Shown in pieces: positions 1 to 10,824 of a DNA stretch of 24,000 nucleotides. Made by a program: the position numbers and the translations under genes. Below the pieces are notes generated by a model. That model was given only the letters and a program-made list of their open reading frames with translations. It was not told where the DNA came from and did not search any database. Source of the DNA: Firmicutes bacterium HGW-Firmicutes-2 (GTDB lineage: Bacteria > Bacillota > Clostridia > Lachnospirales > Vallitaleaceae); NCBI GenBank assembly GCA_002841495.1, contig PGZV01000018.1:25612-49611 (forward strand). The letters run 5' to 3'. The stretch's first letter is position 1. Each line of letters opens with the position of its first letter.

Positions 1-1372
1 AGAAACGACTAAATATTTCTTTTATCATATCTTCATTGACTGTATCACCTGTAATAATACCTATGTTCTCATATGCATTTTTTAAATCGATTGACCAGCA
101 ATCTTCAGGCATCCTATTATTAATGGATTCTAAGACTTCATTTAAGCTTATTAAAGCTTTTTCAAGTGCATTCTTATGTCTTATATTCGTAATATAAAGA
201 TCATTATTAACATCAATTTCTCCAAGATAAAACATATCTTTTATAGCATGTTCAAGTGCATCTATACCTTCAGAGTTTTTAGCTGAAATATCAATCATAT
301 AACCATGATCTAATATATGCTCTATGCTTTTACGATCAATTTTTTCATCCAAATCCATCTTGTTAAACAAACAAATGACTTCTCTATCTTTTATCAATTC
401 AATAATGTGCATATCCTCATTGTCAAGGACCCTTGAAGCATCTAATACAAAGATGATTAAGTCTGCTTCTTCAAGTTTAGACTTTGATCTTTGTACACCA
501 ATTTTTTCTATTTGATCCTCCGTGACTCTTATACCTGCAGTATCTATAAGCTTTAAAGGTATGCCATGTATATTCATATATTCTTCAAGTACATCTCTCG
601 TTGTACCGGGAATATCTGTTACAATCGCTCTTTCCTCTTTCAATAATGCATTTAGAAGAGATGATTTCCCTACATTAGGCTTTCCTATAATCGCTGTACT
701 AATACCATCTCTAATGAGTTTACCACTATCATAAGTGCGCATCAATTCATAAATATCTTTGATAATTCTTTCTATATCTAACTTTACCTTATTCTCGTTT
801 AGTGCTTCAATGTCATACTCCGGATAATCAATGGAAGCTTCAATATGTGCGATCAAATGAATCAACTGACTTTTAATCATATCCATTTTTTTACTTAGTT
901 GACCATTAAGCTGATTAACAGATGATTTAAGGGATAATTGAGTCTTAGAATTAATGATATCAATGACCGCCTCAGCTTGGGATAGATCAATGCGCCCATT
1001 CATAAAAGCCCTTTTAGTAAACTCACCTGGTTCAGAAAGCCTGGCTCCCATGGTTAGAACAAGTTTTAGAACATTTTCTAGTACCATTATACCGCCATGA
1101 CAATTAATTTCTACCACATCTTCACGTGTAAAACTTAGGGGACCTTTCATAATGGATACAATAACTTCATCTATAATTTCATCTGTAGTGGGCATAATAA
1201 TGTGACCATAATGAATGGTATGAGTCTTAGCTTGATCTAGTTTCAAATCTTTATGAACCGATCTAAAAATTTTATTAACAATTGCTATGCTATGTTCTCC
1301 ACTAACACGAATTATACCAATTCCTGATGGTGATAAGGCTGTTGCAATGGAACAAATAGTATCATTTAACAT
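1..1372 (-). CDS. mnmE: tRNA modification GTPase MnmE (TrmE); the 3' end runs off the window, with about 4 codons plus the stop missing
   Basis: Absent from the ORF track because no stop codon lies in the window. Hand translation of the minus strand from the ATG at 1372-1370 gives MLNDTICSIATALSPSGIGIIRVSGEHS... The frame stays open for 457 codons down to position 2 and ends ...VNEDMIKEIFSRF, just short of the conserved C-terminal FCIGK. An AAGGAG RBS lies at 1384-1379, 6 nt upstream of the ATG. Confidence 0.93.
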   Translation of the reverse strand, partial: MLNDTICSIATALSPSGIGIIRVSGEHSIAIVNKIFRSVHKDLKLDQAKTHTIHYGHIIMPTTDEIIDEVIVSIMKGPLSFTREDVVEINCHGGIMVLENVLKLVLTMGARLSEPGEFTKRAFMNGRIDLSQAEAVIDIINSKTQLSLKSSVNQLNGQLSKKMDMIKSQLIHLIAHIEASIDYPEYDIEALNENKVKLDIERIIKDIYELMRTYDSGKLIRDGISTAIIGKPNVGKSSLLNALLKEERAIVTDIPGTTRDVLEEYMNIHGIPLKLIDTAGIRVTEDQIEKIGVQRSKSKLEEADLIIFVLDASRVLDNEDMHIIELIKDREVICLFNKMDLDEKIDRKSIEHILDHGYMIDISAKNSEGIDALEHAIKDMFYLGEIDVNNDLYITNIRHKNALEKALISLNEVLESINNRMPEDCWSIDLKNAYENIGIITGDTVNEDMIKEIFSRF

Positions 1373-1392
1373 ATTAAACTCCTTTATCTAAT

Positions 1393-1419
1393 AAAACCCA
1401 TGCCTTGGCATGGGTTTTT
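1393..1419 (-). terminator. Stem-loop between jag and mnmE, flanked by A/T tracts; an intrinsic-terminator-like hairpin
   Basis: CCCATGCC (1397-1404) pairs with GGCATGGG (1407-1414). AAAA (1393-1396) and TTTTT (1415-1419) flank the stem. On the minus strand the stem is followed by TTTTATT. The hairpin sits 14 nt downstream of the jag stop. Confidence 0.5.
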
Positions 1420-1432
1420 AATTCTGTATAAA

Positions 1433-2125
1433 TCACTGCTTCTTAACAACTCTCTTATGCGTGGTTTTTGGCCCAGAAATCTCTTTTGGCTTACTAGTAG
1501 GCTTCGTTGATGGTGTTATAACAACTTTTCTATAAGGCTCATCACCTTCACTATGGGTTTCAACATTTTTATTGTTTTGTAATGTTGAATGTATAATACG
1601 TCGTTCATAAGGATTCATAGGTTCTAATATAAATTTCTTCTTCGTAATTTTTACTTTGTGTGCTAGATTTTTAGCTAATGTCTCCAAGGTTTCCTTACGT
1701 CGATCCCTATAGTTTTCTGTGTCTAACTTAACGCGCATATAGCTATCCGCCTCTTTGTTAACGACCAAACTGACCAGATACTGTAAGGAATCTAAAGTTT
1801 GCCCTCTTTTACCAATCAGTACACCCATACTAGGTCCACTTAAATCTACGGTCATATTGTTATGTTCATCCAAAGTCACTTGAATGTTAACCTCAATATT
1901 CATTTTTTGAAATACTTCTTCTAGAAAATCATAAGCAACTTGTTCAACATTAATTTTCTTATATACTCGAACCTTTGCTAACTTATTACTGAAGATGCTC
2001 ATTAAACCGCTTGGTCCTTTTTCAATAACTTCTACCGTAACCTGATCACTTGTTGCGCCCATTTCAACCAGTGCTTCAGTTATAGCGTCTTCTACAGTTT
2101 TTGCCTGTTTTTCAACATACTTCAT
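1433..2125 (-). CDS. jag: Jag/KhpB-type RNA-binding protein with Jag_N, KH and R3H domains
   Basis: The ORF-track protein matches Jag: VEKQAKTVEDAITEAL at the N-terminus and an R3H-like LEPMNPYERRIIHSTL. The track start at 2134 is a TTG only 1 nt after the AGGAGGG RBS. The ATG at 2125 (MKYVEKQ...) lies 10 nt from the RBS and is preferred. The position downstream of yidC is conserved. Confidence 0.9.
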   Translation of the reverse strand: MKYVEKQAKTVEDAITEALVEMGATSDQVTVEVIEKGPSGLMSIFSNKLAKVRVYKKINVEQVAYDFLEEVFQKMNIEVNIQVTLDEHNNMTVDLSGPSMGVLIGKRGQTLDSLQYLVSLVVNKEADSYMRVKLDTENYRDRRKETLETLAKNLAHKVKITKKKFILEPMNPYERRIIHSTLQNNKNVETHSEGDEPYRKVVITPSTKPTSKPKEISGPKTTHKRVVKKQ

Positions 2126-2140
2126 GAAGACCAATCCCTC

Positions 2141-3100
2141 CTATTTTTTCTCTTTATCCTTTAAATGACTATTAATAACAACTTGCTGTGCCCATTGGAA
2201 AATACTACTTGCCAACCAATACAAACCTAGCCCAGCAGGCATTGTTGATACAAAGAATGCCGTAATGAGTGGCATAGTATACAACATGGATTTCTGTGTA
2301 GAGTTCTGTTCTGCAGATGCAGATGACGTACTAGACTTCATAACCATGAATTGAACCACAACATTTAATAGTGGGAGTAAAACGCCAATAGACATCAAGT
2401 CTGGTTTGTCAGACAAATTAATGCCTAGGAACATATACATTTCTGTAATTTTTTCCAAACTTGGTGTTATAAGATGTGCTACCGAACTAAACTGGCCAAT
2501 AAATGTGGTCCATTGATCTGAACTGAATTTAGCTAAAACATCAATAACCATTTGAACTTTCGTAATATCAAAATTCTTAACCATTAATTCACTTGCCCAT
2601 TCTGATAAAATACCTTCAGAACCTTCTACCGGTACAACTATATGTACAATATCTTCATAGATTAAACCAATGCTTTTAATATATGCCGGAAGATTTCTTA
2701 GTACTTGAAACAATGCAATAATGATTGGAAATTGAACCAAAACAGGTAAACAACCACCAAATGGACTAACACCATGCTCTTTATACAGTTGATTCATTTC
2801 CATTTGAAATTTTTGTTGAGATTCAGGGTCTTTTTTATTTTTATATTTATCTTGAATTTTTTTCAACTCAGGTTGGATTTTTTGCATTTCCTGCATAGAT
2901 TTTTGTTGCTTGAATGCAAGAGGTAACATCAAGGTTCTAACGATCAAAGTAAATACGATAATACTAATCCCTAATGATTTAATACCCATATTACTAAAAA
3001 TATTATAAATTGTATCCATAATAATGCCGAATAACTGAGCAATTGGCCCAATTATAAAAGTTGTGTTCTGAGTGAGTAAAACCATGTGATCTAAAAACAT
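2141..3100 (-). CDS. yidC: Membrane protein insertase YidC (SpoIIIJ/OxaA family)
   Basis: 319-aa multi-pass membrane protein containing the conserved YidC core ...MQKIQPELKKIQDKYKNKKDPESQQKFQMEMNQLYKEHGVSPFGGCLPVLVQFPI... A GGAGG RBS lies upstream. Synteny follows rnpA-yidD-yidC-jag. Confidence 0.93.
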   Translation of the reverse strand: MFLDHMVLLTQNTTFIIGPIAQLFGIIMDTIYNIFSNMGIKSLGISIIVFTLIVRTLMLPLAFKQQKSMQEMQKIQPELKKIQDKYKNKKDPESQQKFQMEMNQLYKEHGVSPFGGCLPVLVQFPIIIALFQVLRNLPAYIKSIGLIYEDIVHIVVPVEGSEGILSEWASELMVKNFDITKVQMVIDVLAKFSSDQWTTFIGQFSSVAHLITPSLEKITEMYMFLGINLSDKPDLMSIGVLLPLLNVVVQFMVMKSSTSSASAEQNSTQKSMLYTMPLITAFFVSTMPAGLGLYWLASSIFQWAQQVVINSHLKDKEKK

Positions 3101-3148
3101 GAATGAATCCTCCTAATTATAGTTACCAAAAATACTTACACGATTCTT

Positions 3149-3358
3149 TTATTTAAGCGGATCAAAACCACCCTTTGCGAAAGGATGACATCGTAAGATC
3201 CTTTTAATAGACAAATAACTTCCCTTGAAAAATCCATATTTTTCAAGAGCCTCCAAAGCATACATCGAACAAGTCGGTATATAAATACAGCTAGATTTTG
3301 TCATAGGAGATATGAACTTTCTATAAAAAAGAACAATACGTATCGCAATTCTTTTCAT
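3149..3358 (-). CDS. yidD: Membrane protein insertion efficiency factor YidD
   Basis: Carries the YidD signature YRKFISP...[19 protein letters not shown]...ILRCHPF..GGFDP. The ORF track starts at a TTG (3376). The ATG at 3358 (MKRIAIRIV...) gives the usual length of about 69 aa. The start choice is uncertain. Confidence 0.85.
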   Translation of the reverse strand: MKRIAIRIVLFYRKFISPMTKSSCIYIPTCSMYALEALEKYGFFKGSYLSIKRILRCHPFAKGGFDPLK

Positions 3359-3417
3359 TATACCATCTTTTCTCAAATAAACGAATTAATCCTATTATAT
3401 CGAATTATAGTAGGATT

Positions 3418-3756
3418 TTAAAGTACTAATATTTTATTTAATTTTACCAAGTGCATCAATGCACTTTCAATGTCTTTATAGCTTTTATCTTTAGCTGTAC
3501 TTCTTGCAATAATTACAATATCATAACCTGGCCAAAAAGACTTACTATTTAATCTATAAGCTTCTTTTATAAGTCTTTTAACACGATGTCTTATGACACT
3601 GTTGCCTACTTTTTTACTTACAGAAATTCCAAGTCTACTGCTGTTTTCATTTTTTTTTAACACATACATAATTAAAAATTTGTTGGCTTTTGATTTTCCA
3701 GTTTGATAAACTTTTACAAATTCATTGTTTTTTAACGCAATTATTTTTTCACTCAT
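3418..3756 (-). CDS. rnpA: Ribonuclease P protein component
   Basis: 112-aa basic protein carrying the RnpA motif SVSKKVGNSVIRHRVKRLIKEAYR. It lies immediately downstream of rpmH, as in most bacteria. Confidence 0.93.
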   Translation of the reverse strand: MSEKIIALKNNEFVKVYQTGKSKANKFLIMYVLKKNENSSRLGISVSKKVGNSVIRHRVKRLIKEAYRLNSKSFWPGYDIVIIARSTAKDKSYKDIESALMHLVKLNKILVL

Positions 3757-3766
3757 TATTGAGTAT

Positions 3767-3794
3767 AAGAATAAAAGGCCACATAAATGCGGCC
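3767..3794 (-). terminator. Hairpin plus T-tract overlapping the rpmH stop codon; likely attenuator between rpmH and rnpA
   Basis: The minus strand reads TAG-GCCGCA-TTTA-TGTGGCC-TTTTATTCTT. This is a 7-bp stem (one G-U pair) with a 4-nt loop and a U-rich tail. Differential rpmH/rnpA expression through such terminators is well known. Confidence 0.55.
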
Positions 3795-3928
3795 TATGCT
3801 GACAATTGCTTTCTGCCTTTAGCTCTTCTTCTAGCTAAAACATTTCTTCCGCTCTTATTTTTCATTCTTTTTCTAAAGCCATGTTCTCTACTTCTTTGTC
3901 TCTTTTTTGGCTGATAAGTTCTTTTCAT
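3794..3928 (-). CDS. rpmH: 50S ribosomal protein L34
   Basis: Too short for the ORF track. Hand translation of the minus strand from the ATG at 3928-3926 gives [44 protein letters not shown], followed by a TAG at 3796-3794. A GGAGG RBS lies upstream (CCTCC at about 3939-3943 on the plus strand). Confidence 0.97.
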   Translation of the reverse strand: MKRTYQPKKRQRSREHGFRKRMKNKSGRNVLARRRAKGRKQLSA

Positions 3929-4084
3929 TGATATGCACCTCCTTATATAATTCGTAAAAGCTCTATCAAATTAATGACTTTAATTAATTTGTTAAAAAAA
4001 GTTGCTTCAAAAGCACCATTTCAATTATAGTCACAAAACCCTTAAGAGTCAAGAAAAAAAAGCCTTAATTATTTTTTATTTAGT

Positions 4085-4346
4085 TTATCCACATAAAAAA
4101 GCAAATTAACTTGAATGTTGTGGATAAGTTGTTCAAATCCTTTTATCCACATCTTATAAAATTTATGTGGATAAAACCGTCATTAATTTAAAATATTCCG
4201 TTAATTACTATATTGATTATAGGCCAAAACCGTTTAAATTAAACGCTCCTAATAATTTTGATAACCTCATGGTGTATGATGTGTATAACCTTAATTTTAA
4301 ATAGTTATACACACTTTCCACATTTTTTTCATATCATTCATACACA
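4085..4346. other. oriC upstream DnaA-box cluster, overlapping the dnaA promoter region
   Basis: Four perfect consensus DnaA boxes in alternating orientation: TTATCCACA at 4085-4093 and 4143-4151, TGTGGATAA at 4119-4127 and 4166-4174. Two one-mismatch boxes: TGTGTATAA at 4280-4288 and TTATACACA at 4305-4313. Two weaker boxes: CTTTCCACA at 4314-4322 and TCATACACA at 4338-4346. The cluster lies in the divergent rpmH/dnaA intergenic region where gene orientation switches. Confidence 0.9.
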
Positions 4347-4529
4347 TTTATAACCTTTTTCTATCAAAAACTTCAATTGAAATCCTTCTACTGATAGAGT
4401 ATTATATATACTAGACTTCATCTCTTTGGATAGTGTGCTTGTATTCATATTATAAGAACGCTTCCAAAATTAATTATAAAAAGTTATTAACAGTTATGAG
4501 CCCATACTCATTTAATCCGTATGGATTAC

Positions 4530-4577
4530 TTAGTTTAATCATGTCAATGGAAGCTTCCATTGACATGATTAAACTAA
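4530..4577. repeat. Perfect 48-bp palindrome (24-bp arms, no spacer) in the dnaA leader
   Basis: TTAGTTTAATCATGTCAATGGAAG|CTTCCATTGACATGATTAAACTAA. I checked by hand that the reverse complement of the left half equals the right half. The centre is AAGCTT at 4551-4556. The palindrome ends 78 nt upstream of the dnaA ATG. Confidence 0.95.
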
Positions 4578-4655
4578 TGTCTGCTCGTTATATACTCATA
4601 TATTAAGAGAAAAAGGCCTACTACTACTATACTATAAAAAAAAGGGGGTATTTTA

Positions 4656-6014
4656 ATGGATCATCCAATAATCAACAAATGGGATGACATAAAAAATCTT
4701 TTAAGATACGAATCGGATATATCCATTATATCTTACAAAACATTTTTGGAAAAACTAGAGCCCGTAAAAGTAATGGGTGACCTTATTTTCCTAGAAGCAG
4801 ATGATCAAATGGCCAAAAATGTTATTGAAAAAAAATACTATAAGTCCATTCAAATTGCTATTAATGAAGTTATGGGAAAAGTCTATGACATACAATTTGT
4901 TCTTCCCAATCAAAGCTTAGAACTTGATTCAAAATCAAGTTCTAACAATAACTTAATTGGATTTTCAAACAACAACACCAGTGATCAAAAGAACTTAAAT
5001 GCCAGATATACTTTTGACACTTTTGTTGTAGGCAATAACAACAAATTTGCCCATGCAGCTTCTTTGGCAGTGGCAGAAGCACCTGCTGAAGCTTACAATC
5101 CACTTTTTATTTATGGTGGTGTTGGTTTAGGCAAAACACACTTAATGCACTCTATCGCTCATTTTATATTAGATGATGATTCTAAAGCAAATGTGCTGTA
5201 TGTTTCATCTGAAAAATTCACCAATGAACTAATCAATTCAATTCGTGATGATAAAAATGAGGAATTTAGAAAAAAATACCGAAGTATAGATGTACTTCTC
5301 GTAGATGATATTCAATTTATTGCCGGAAAAGAAAGAACTCAGGAAGAATTTTTCCATACTTTTAATACTTTATATGAAGCAAAAAAACAAATAATAATTT
5401 GTTCTGACCGACCACCAAAAGAAATTGAAACCTTAGAAGAACGTCTTCGATCAAGGTTTGAATGGGGCTTAATAGCTGATATTCAAGCCCCTGATTTTGA
5501 AACCAGAGTCGCAATATTAAGGAAGAAAGCTGAAATAGAAAATCTTGATCTACCTGATGATGTTATGCAATATGTTGCAAACAATGTTAAATCTAATATT
5601 AGAGAGCTTGAAGGTGCTGTTAATAAAATTTTAGCTTATTCCAGACTTCTTTTACCAAAAGAAATAACAAAAGATATGGCTGAGGCAGCATTAAAAGACT
5701 TAATATCACCGCAAGAAGATACTAAAATTACTTTTAAGCTTATTTTAGAAATCGTATCTGAACATTATAATGTAACACCTGCAGATATATTATCTAAAAA
5801 AAGACCAAGAGAAATTGCTTATCCTAGGCAGATTGTTATGTATCTATGTCGAAAATTGACAGACATGTCATTACCTAAAGTTGGTGAAGAAATTGGTCGG
5901 AGAGACCATACCACCGTACTACATGGTTATGAAAAAATTAAGACAGAGCTTGTTACAGATATGACTTTAAAAAACACAATTGATATACTAACAAAAAAAA
6001 TCACAGGAAAATAA
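4656..6014 (+). CDS. dnaA: Chromosomal replication initiator protein DnaA
   Basis: 452 aa with the AAA+ Walker A motif [14 protein letters not shown], a Walker B motif at LLVDDIQF and the C-terminal DNA-binding helix [14 protein letters not shown]. An AAGGGGG RBS lies 7 nt upstream. Confidence 0.98.
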   Translation: MDHPIINKWDDIKNLLRYESDISIISYKTFLEKLEPVKVMGDLIFLEADDQMAKNVIEKKYYKSIQIAINEVMGKVYDIQFVLPNQSLELDSKSSSNNNLIGFSNNNTSDQKNLNARYTFDTFVVGNNNKFAHAASLAVAEAPAEAYNPLFIYGGVGLGKTHLMHSIAHFILDDDSKANVLYVSSEKFTNELINSIRDDKNEEFRKKYRSIDVLLVDDIQFIAGKERTQEEFFHTFNTLYEAKKQIIICSDRPPKEIETLEERLRSRFEWGLIADIQAPDFETRVAILRKKAEIENLDLPDDVMQYVANNVKSNIRELEGAVNKILAYSRLLLPKEITKDMAEAALKDLISPQEDTKITFKLILEIVSEHYNVTPADILSKKRPREIAYPRQIVMYLCRKLTDMSLPKVGEEIGRRDHTTVLHGYEKIKTELVTDMTLKNTIDILTKKITGK

Positions 6015-6066
6015 TAGTTAAAAAGTTAAAACCATATACTTGAGCATTCACATTAGTTTTGACACC

Positions 6067-6277
6067 TGTGTACAACATATCTATAAACTCTTGTATTAGC
6101 TGTTGACGGTTCTATAATAACTATGATGATGTGGATGAAAAAGAATAACTTTTTTATCTGTACACAGGGTTATTAAACTTTAAAAAACCTTATCGTCTAT
6201 GGGCTCAGAACACTTATACACATATTCACATCCCTTACTACTATCATTACTATAAAAAATCATATATTTTATCTTTT
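6067..6277. other. oriC downstream part in the dnaA-dnaN spacer: DnaA boxes, a DnaA-trio-like run and an AT-rich candidate unwinding element
   Basis: Boxes: TGTGTACAA 6067-6075 (2 mismatches), TGTGGATGA 6130-6138 (1 mismatch), TTATACACA 6214-6222 (1 mismatch) and an abutting ATATTCACA 6222-6230 (2 mismatches). These are followed by CCC, then the triplets TTA CTA CTA TCA TTA CTA at 6235-6252, whose complement read 3'->5' is AAT GAT GAT AGT AAT GAT. The AT-rich stretch TAAAAAATCATATATTTTATCTTTT follows at 6253-6277. Confidence 0.65.
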
Positions 6278-6302
6278 GCACAGGAGAGGAGTTTATCACA
6301 TC

Positions 6303-7409
6303 ATGAAAATTAATTGTCATAAAAATGACTTGCTAAATGGCGTTAATACATCCCTTAAGGCTGTATCAACTCGAACAACTTTACCCATACTCCAATGTAT
6401 ACTTCTTCAAGCAACACAAAATGAATTTAAACTCATTAGCAATGATTTGGAAATTGGTATTGAAAGTCATGTAAAAGCTCAAATCATTGAGTCAGGTAGT
6501 GTGGCTATTGATGCAAGAATATTCTCTGAAATCGTAAAGAAATTACCTGATGCTATGGTCGATATTACCGTAGATGAAAGTAATATGACCACTATTGTTT
6601 GTCAAAAATCTATTTTTAATATCCCGGGTCAACCCGGTACTGAATTTATTCAATTGCCTCAAGTCACAAAAGATACAAGTATTTCCATTAAGCAAAGTGT
6701 TTTAAAAGACATGATCCATCAAACTTTATTCAGTATTGCCATAAAAGAGATTAAACCTATTTTAACTGGGGAATTGATTGAAATAAAAGAAAATGCTCTA
6801 AGTATTATATCGATGGATGGTTATAGAATATCCATTAGAAAAGTAGAATTTATGGATGAGTTTAGTGATACTGCTGTGGTTGTACCTGGTAAGACATTAA
6901 GTGAAATAAGTAAAATACTATCTGGTGATGAATCTGATATGTTATCTATTTACTTCACAGATAAACATGTTCTATTTGAACTTGAGGATAGTATTGTTGT
7001 ATCTAGATTACTAGAAGGGGAGTATCCAAAGTATGCAAATCTTTTTTCTGGAGACTATGAAACACTGATTACTGTGAATCGAAAAGAACTAATGATGAGT
7101 ATTGAGAGAGCAGCTCTGATCGCTAGAGAAAGTAAAAAAAGTCCGGTCAAATTTGAAATTAAAGAAGATACATTACTGATTACTTCTAATACGGAACTTG
7201 GTAATGTCCATGAAGAATTAATGATTGTAAGAGAAGGTCAGTCTATTGATATTGCATTTAATCCTAAGTATCTTTTAGATGCACTTAAGGCGATCGAAGA
7301 TGAAGAAATATGTATGCAGTTTACCAATGCACTGAATCCTTGTATTGTTCGCCAAGTTGAAGGTGAAGATTACAAATACTTAATATTACCAATTAGATTG
7401 AATGGGTGA
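6303..7409 (+). CDS. dnaN: DNA polymerase III beta subunit (sliding clamp)
   Basis: The protein begins MKINCHKNDLLNGVNTSLKAVSTRTTLPILQCILL... and ends ...YLILPIRL, both typical of DnaN. The track start at 6276 is an upstream extension that overlaps the GGAGAGGAG RBS (6283-6291). The ATG at 6303 is preferred. Confidence 0.96.
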   Translation: MKINCHKNDLLNGVNTSLKAVSTRTTLPILQCILLQATQNEFKLISNDLEIGIESHVKAQIIESGSVAIDARIFSEIVKKLPDAMVDITVDESNMTTIVCQKSIFNIPGQPGTEFIQLPQVTKDTSISIKQSVLKDMIHQTLFSIAIKEIKPILTGELIEIKENALSIISMDGYRISIRKVEFMDEFSDTAVVVPGKTLSEISKILSGDESDMLSIYFTDKHVLFELEDSIVVSRLLEGEYPKYANLFSGDYETLITVNRKELMMSIERAALIARESKKSPVKFEIKEDTLLITSNTELGNVHEELMIVREGQSIDIAFNPKYLLDALKAIEDEEICMQFTNALNPCIVRQVEGEDYKYLILPIRLNG

Positions 7410-7414
7410 TGGCT

Positions 7415-7633
7415 ATGAAAGAAATTATAATTAATACGGAATTTATTAAATTAGGCGCATTATTAAAAATGGCGGGTATTGCTGATTCAGGCGTTCATGC
7501 TAAAATAATGATCCTAAACGGAGAAGTAAAGTACAACGGAGAAGTAGAATATCAAAGAGGAAAAAAAGTAAGAGATGGTGATAAGATTGAGGTAACCGGT
7601 TTTGATTTAATTGTTGTCAAATATAGTGTTTAA
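7415..7633 (+). CDS. yaaA: S4-domain RNA-binding protein YaaA
   Basis: Small protein of about 72 aa: MKEIIINTEFIKLGALLKMAGIADSGVHAKIMILNGEVKYNGEVEYQRGKKVRDGDKIEV. It occupies the conserved slot between dnaN and recF. Alternative starts lie at 7406 (GTG) and 7409 (ATG), overlapping the dnaN stop. Confidence 0.85.
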   Translation: MKEIIINTEFIKLGALLKMAGIADSGVHAKIMILNGEVKYNGEVEYQRGKKVRDGDKIEVTGFDLIVVKYSV

Positions 7634-7707
7634 AGTGTTAAACTAGTTTTGAAATTTAAGCCTATGTTACCAGTTGAATTGATAGGGTAACTTCTTGAGG
7701 TGAATGC

Positions 7708-8808
7708 ATGTACATAAGACACTTGGAATTGAATAATTATAGGAATTATCATACAGCTGCTATTGATTTTAATCCAGGCATCAATATTTTATATGGTGAT
7801 AATGCCCAAGGAAAGACAAATCTTATAGAAGCCATCTATTTGTGTGCGACTTCCAAGTCTCATCGATTAAGTAAAGACAAAGAATTGATTCGGATCAATG
7901 AAAAAGATGCCCACGTGTACATGATTTTTGACAAAAATGATATCATTGAAACCGTAGATGTGCATCTTAAAAAAATAGGTAAAAAAAGTATTGCAGTTAA
8001 TAAAATACCTATTAAAAAACTCAACGAATTATTTGGATTAATTAATATCATCATGTTTTCTCCGGAAGATTTAGGTTTAATAAAAAATGGTCCAAAAGAT
8101 AGAAGAAGGTTTATTGATCTTGAGTTAAGTCAGCTTAAACCTTTATATATGTATTATTTAAGCCATTATCATAAAGTATTAAAGCAAAGAAATCAGCTAT
8201 TAAAAAATAACCATAATAAATCGGATATGCAAAGTCTTCTAGATGTATGGGACGATCAGTTGGTGAAGTATGGAACGACCATTATTGAAATGAGAAGAAA
8301 TTTCATTGAAGACTTAAGGCCAATATTGTATGAAAAACATTTACATCTATCCGGAAAAAAAGAATCTTTAGATATGATTTATGAAAATGATGTTGATGTA
8401 GAAGACTATAAAGATAAATTAGCAAATGCCAGAACCGGTGATTTAAAAAAAGGAACAACGACAGTCGGTCCTCATAGAGACGATATTCGGTTTGATATTA
8501 ATTCGATTGATATTCGCATCTATGGATCACAGGGACAGCAAAGAACAGCTGCTTTGGCTTTAAAATTATCTGAAATAGAGTTGATAAAAAAGCAGGTTAA
8601 TCATGCGCCTATCCTTCTTCTTGATGATGTTCTATCTGAACTTGATCATCAAAGACAACATTATTTGATTGAGCATTTGAAAGGTATTCAAACATTTATT
8701 ACTTGTACCGGTATTGATGATTTTATAAAAAAAGAGTTAAGTGGTTATGAGATATATCAAGTTAAAGATGCAAAAGTAATTAATGAGTCAGATTTGCATA
8801 AGTACTAA
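7708..8808 (+). CDS. recF: DNA replication and repair protein RecF
   Basis: 366 aa with the Walker A motif GDNAQGKTNLIEAI, the signature motif SQGQQRTAALALKLSE and the Walker B motif ILLLDDVLSELD. A GAGGTGA RBS lies upstream. Confidence 0.97.
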   Translation: MYIRHLELNNYRNYHTAAIDFNPGINILYGDNAQGKTNLIEAIYLCATSKSHRLSKDKELIRINEKDAHVYMIFDKNDIIETVDVHLKKIGKKSIAVNKIPIKKLNELFGLINIIMFSPEDLGLIKNGPKDRRRFIDLELSQLKPLYMYYLSHYHKVLKQRNQLLKNNHNKSDMQSLLDVWDDQLVKYGTTIIEMRRNFIEDLRPILYEKHLHLSGKKESLDMIYENDVDVEDYKDKLANARTGDLKKGTTTVGPHRDDIRFDINSIDIRIYGSQGQQRTAALALKLSEIELIKKQVNHAPILLLDDVLSELDHQRQHYLIEHLKGIQTFITCTGIDDFIKKELSGYEIYQVKDAKVINESDLHKY

Positions 8809-8830
8809 GACTCATATATAATCAATATGA

Positions 8831-10774
<1,944 letters not shown>

Positions 10775-10824
10775 AAGCATTGTTTACCGTTTTATAATAG
10801 AAACCAGTTATGGAGGAAACATGA

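Noticed and set aside
324-734. Plus-strand ORFs of 63 and 70 aa (324-515 and 522-734)
   Set aside because: They lie antisense inside the clearly homologous mnmE coding region. They are low-complexity with no RBS and are shadow ORFs typical of AT-rich DNA.
3690-3914. Plus-strand 74-aa ORF spanning rnpA and rpmH
   Set aside because: It is antisense to two well-supported genes and crosses their intergenic terminator. It has no homology signal.
4542-4565. The TTGACA hexamers in each arm of the 48-bp palindrome, considered as divergent -35 promoter elements
   Set aside because: No acceptable -10 hexamer lies 16-18 nt downstream on either strand.
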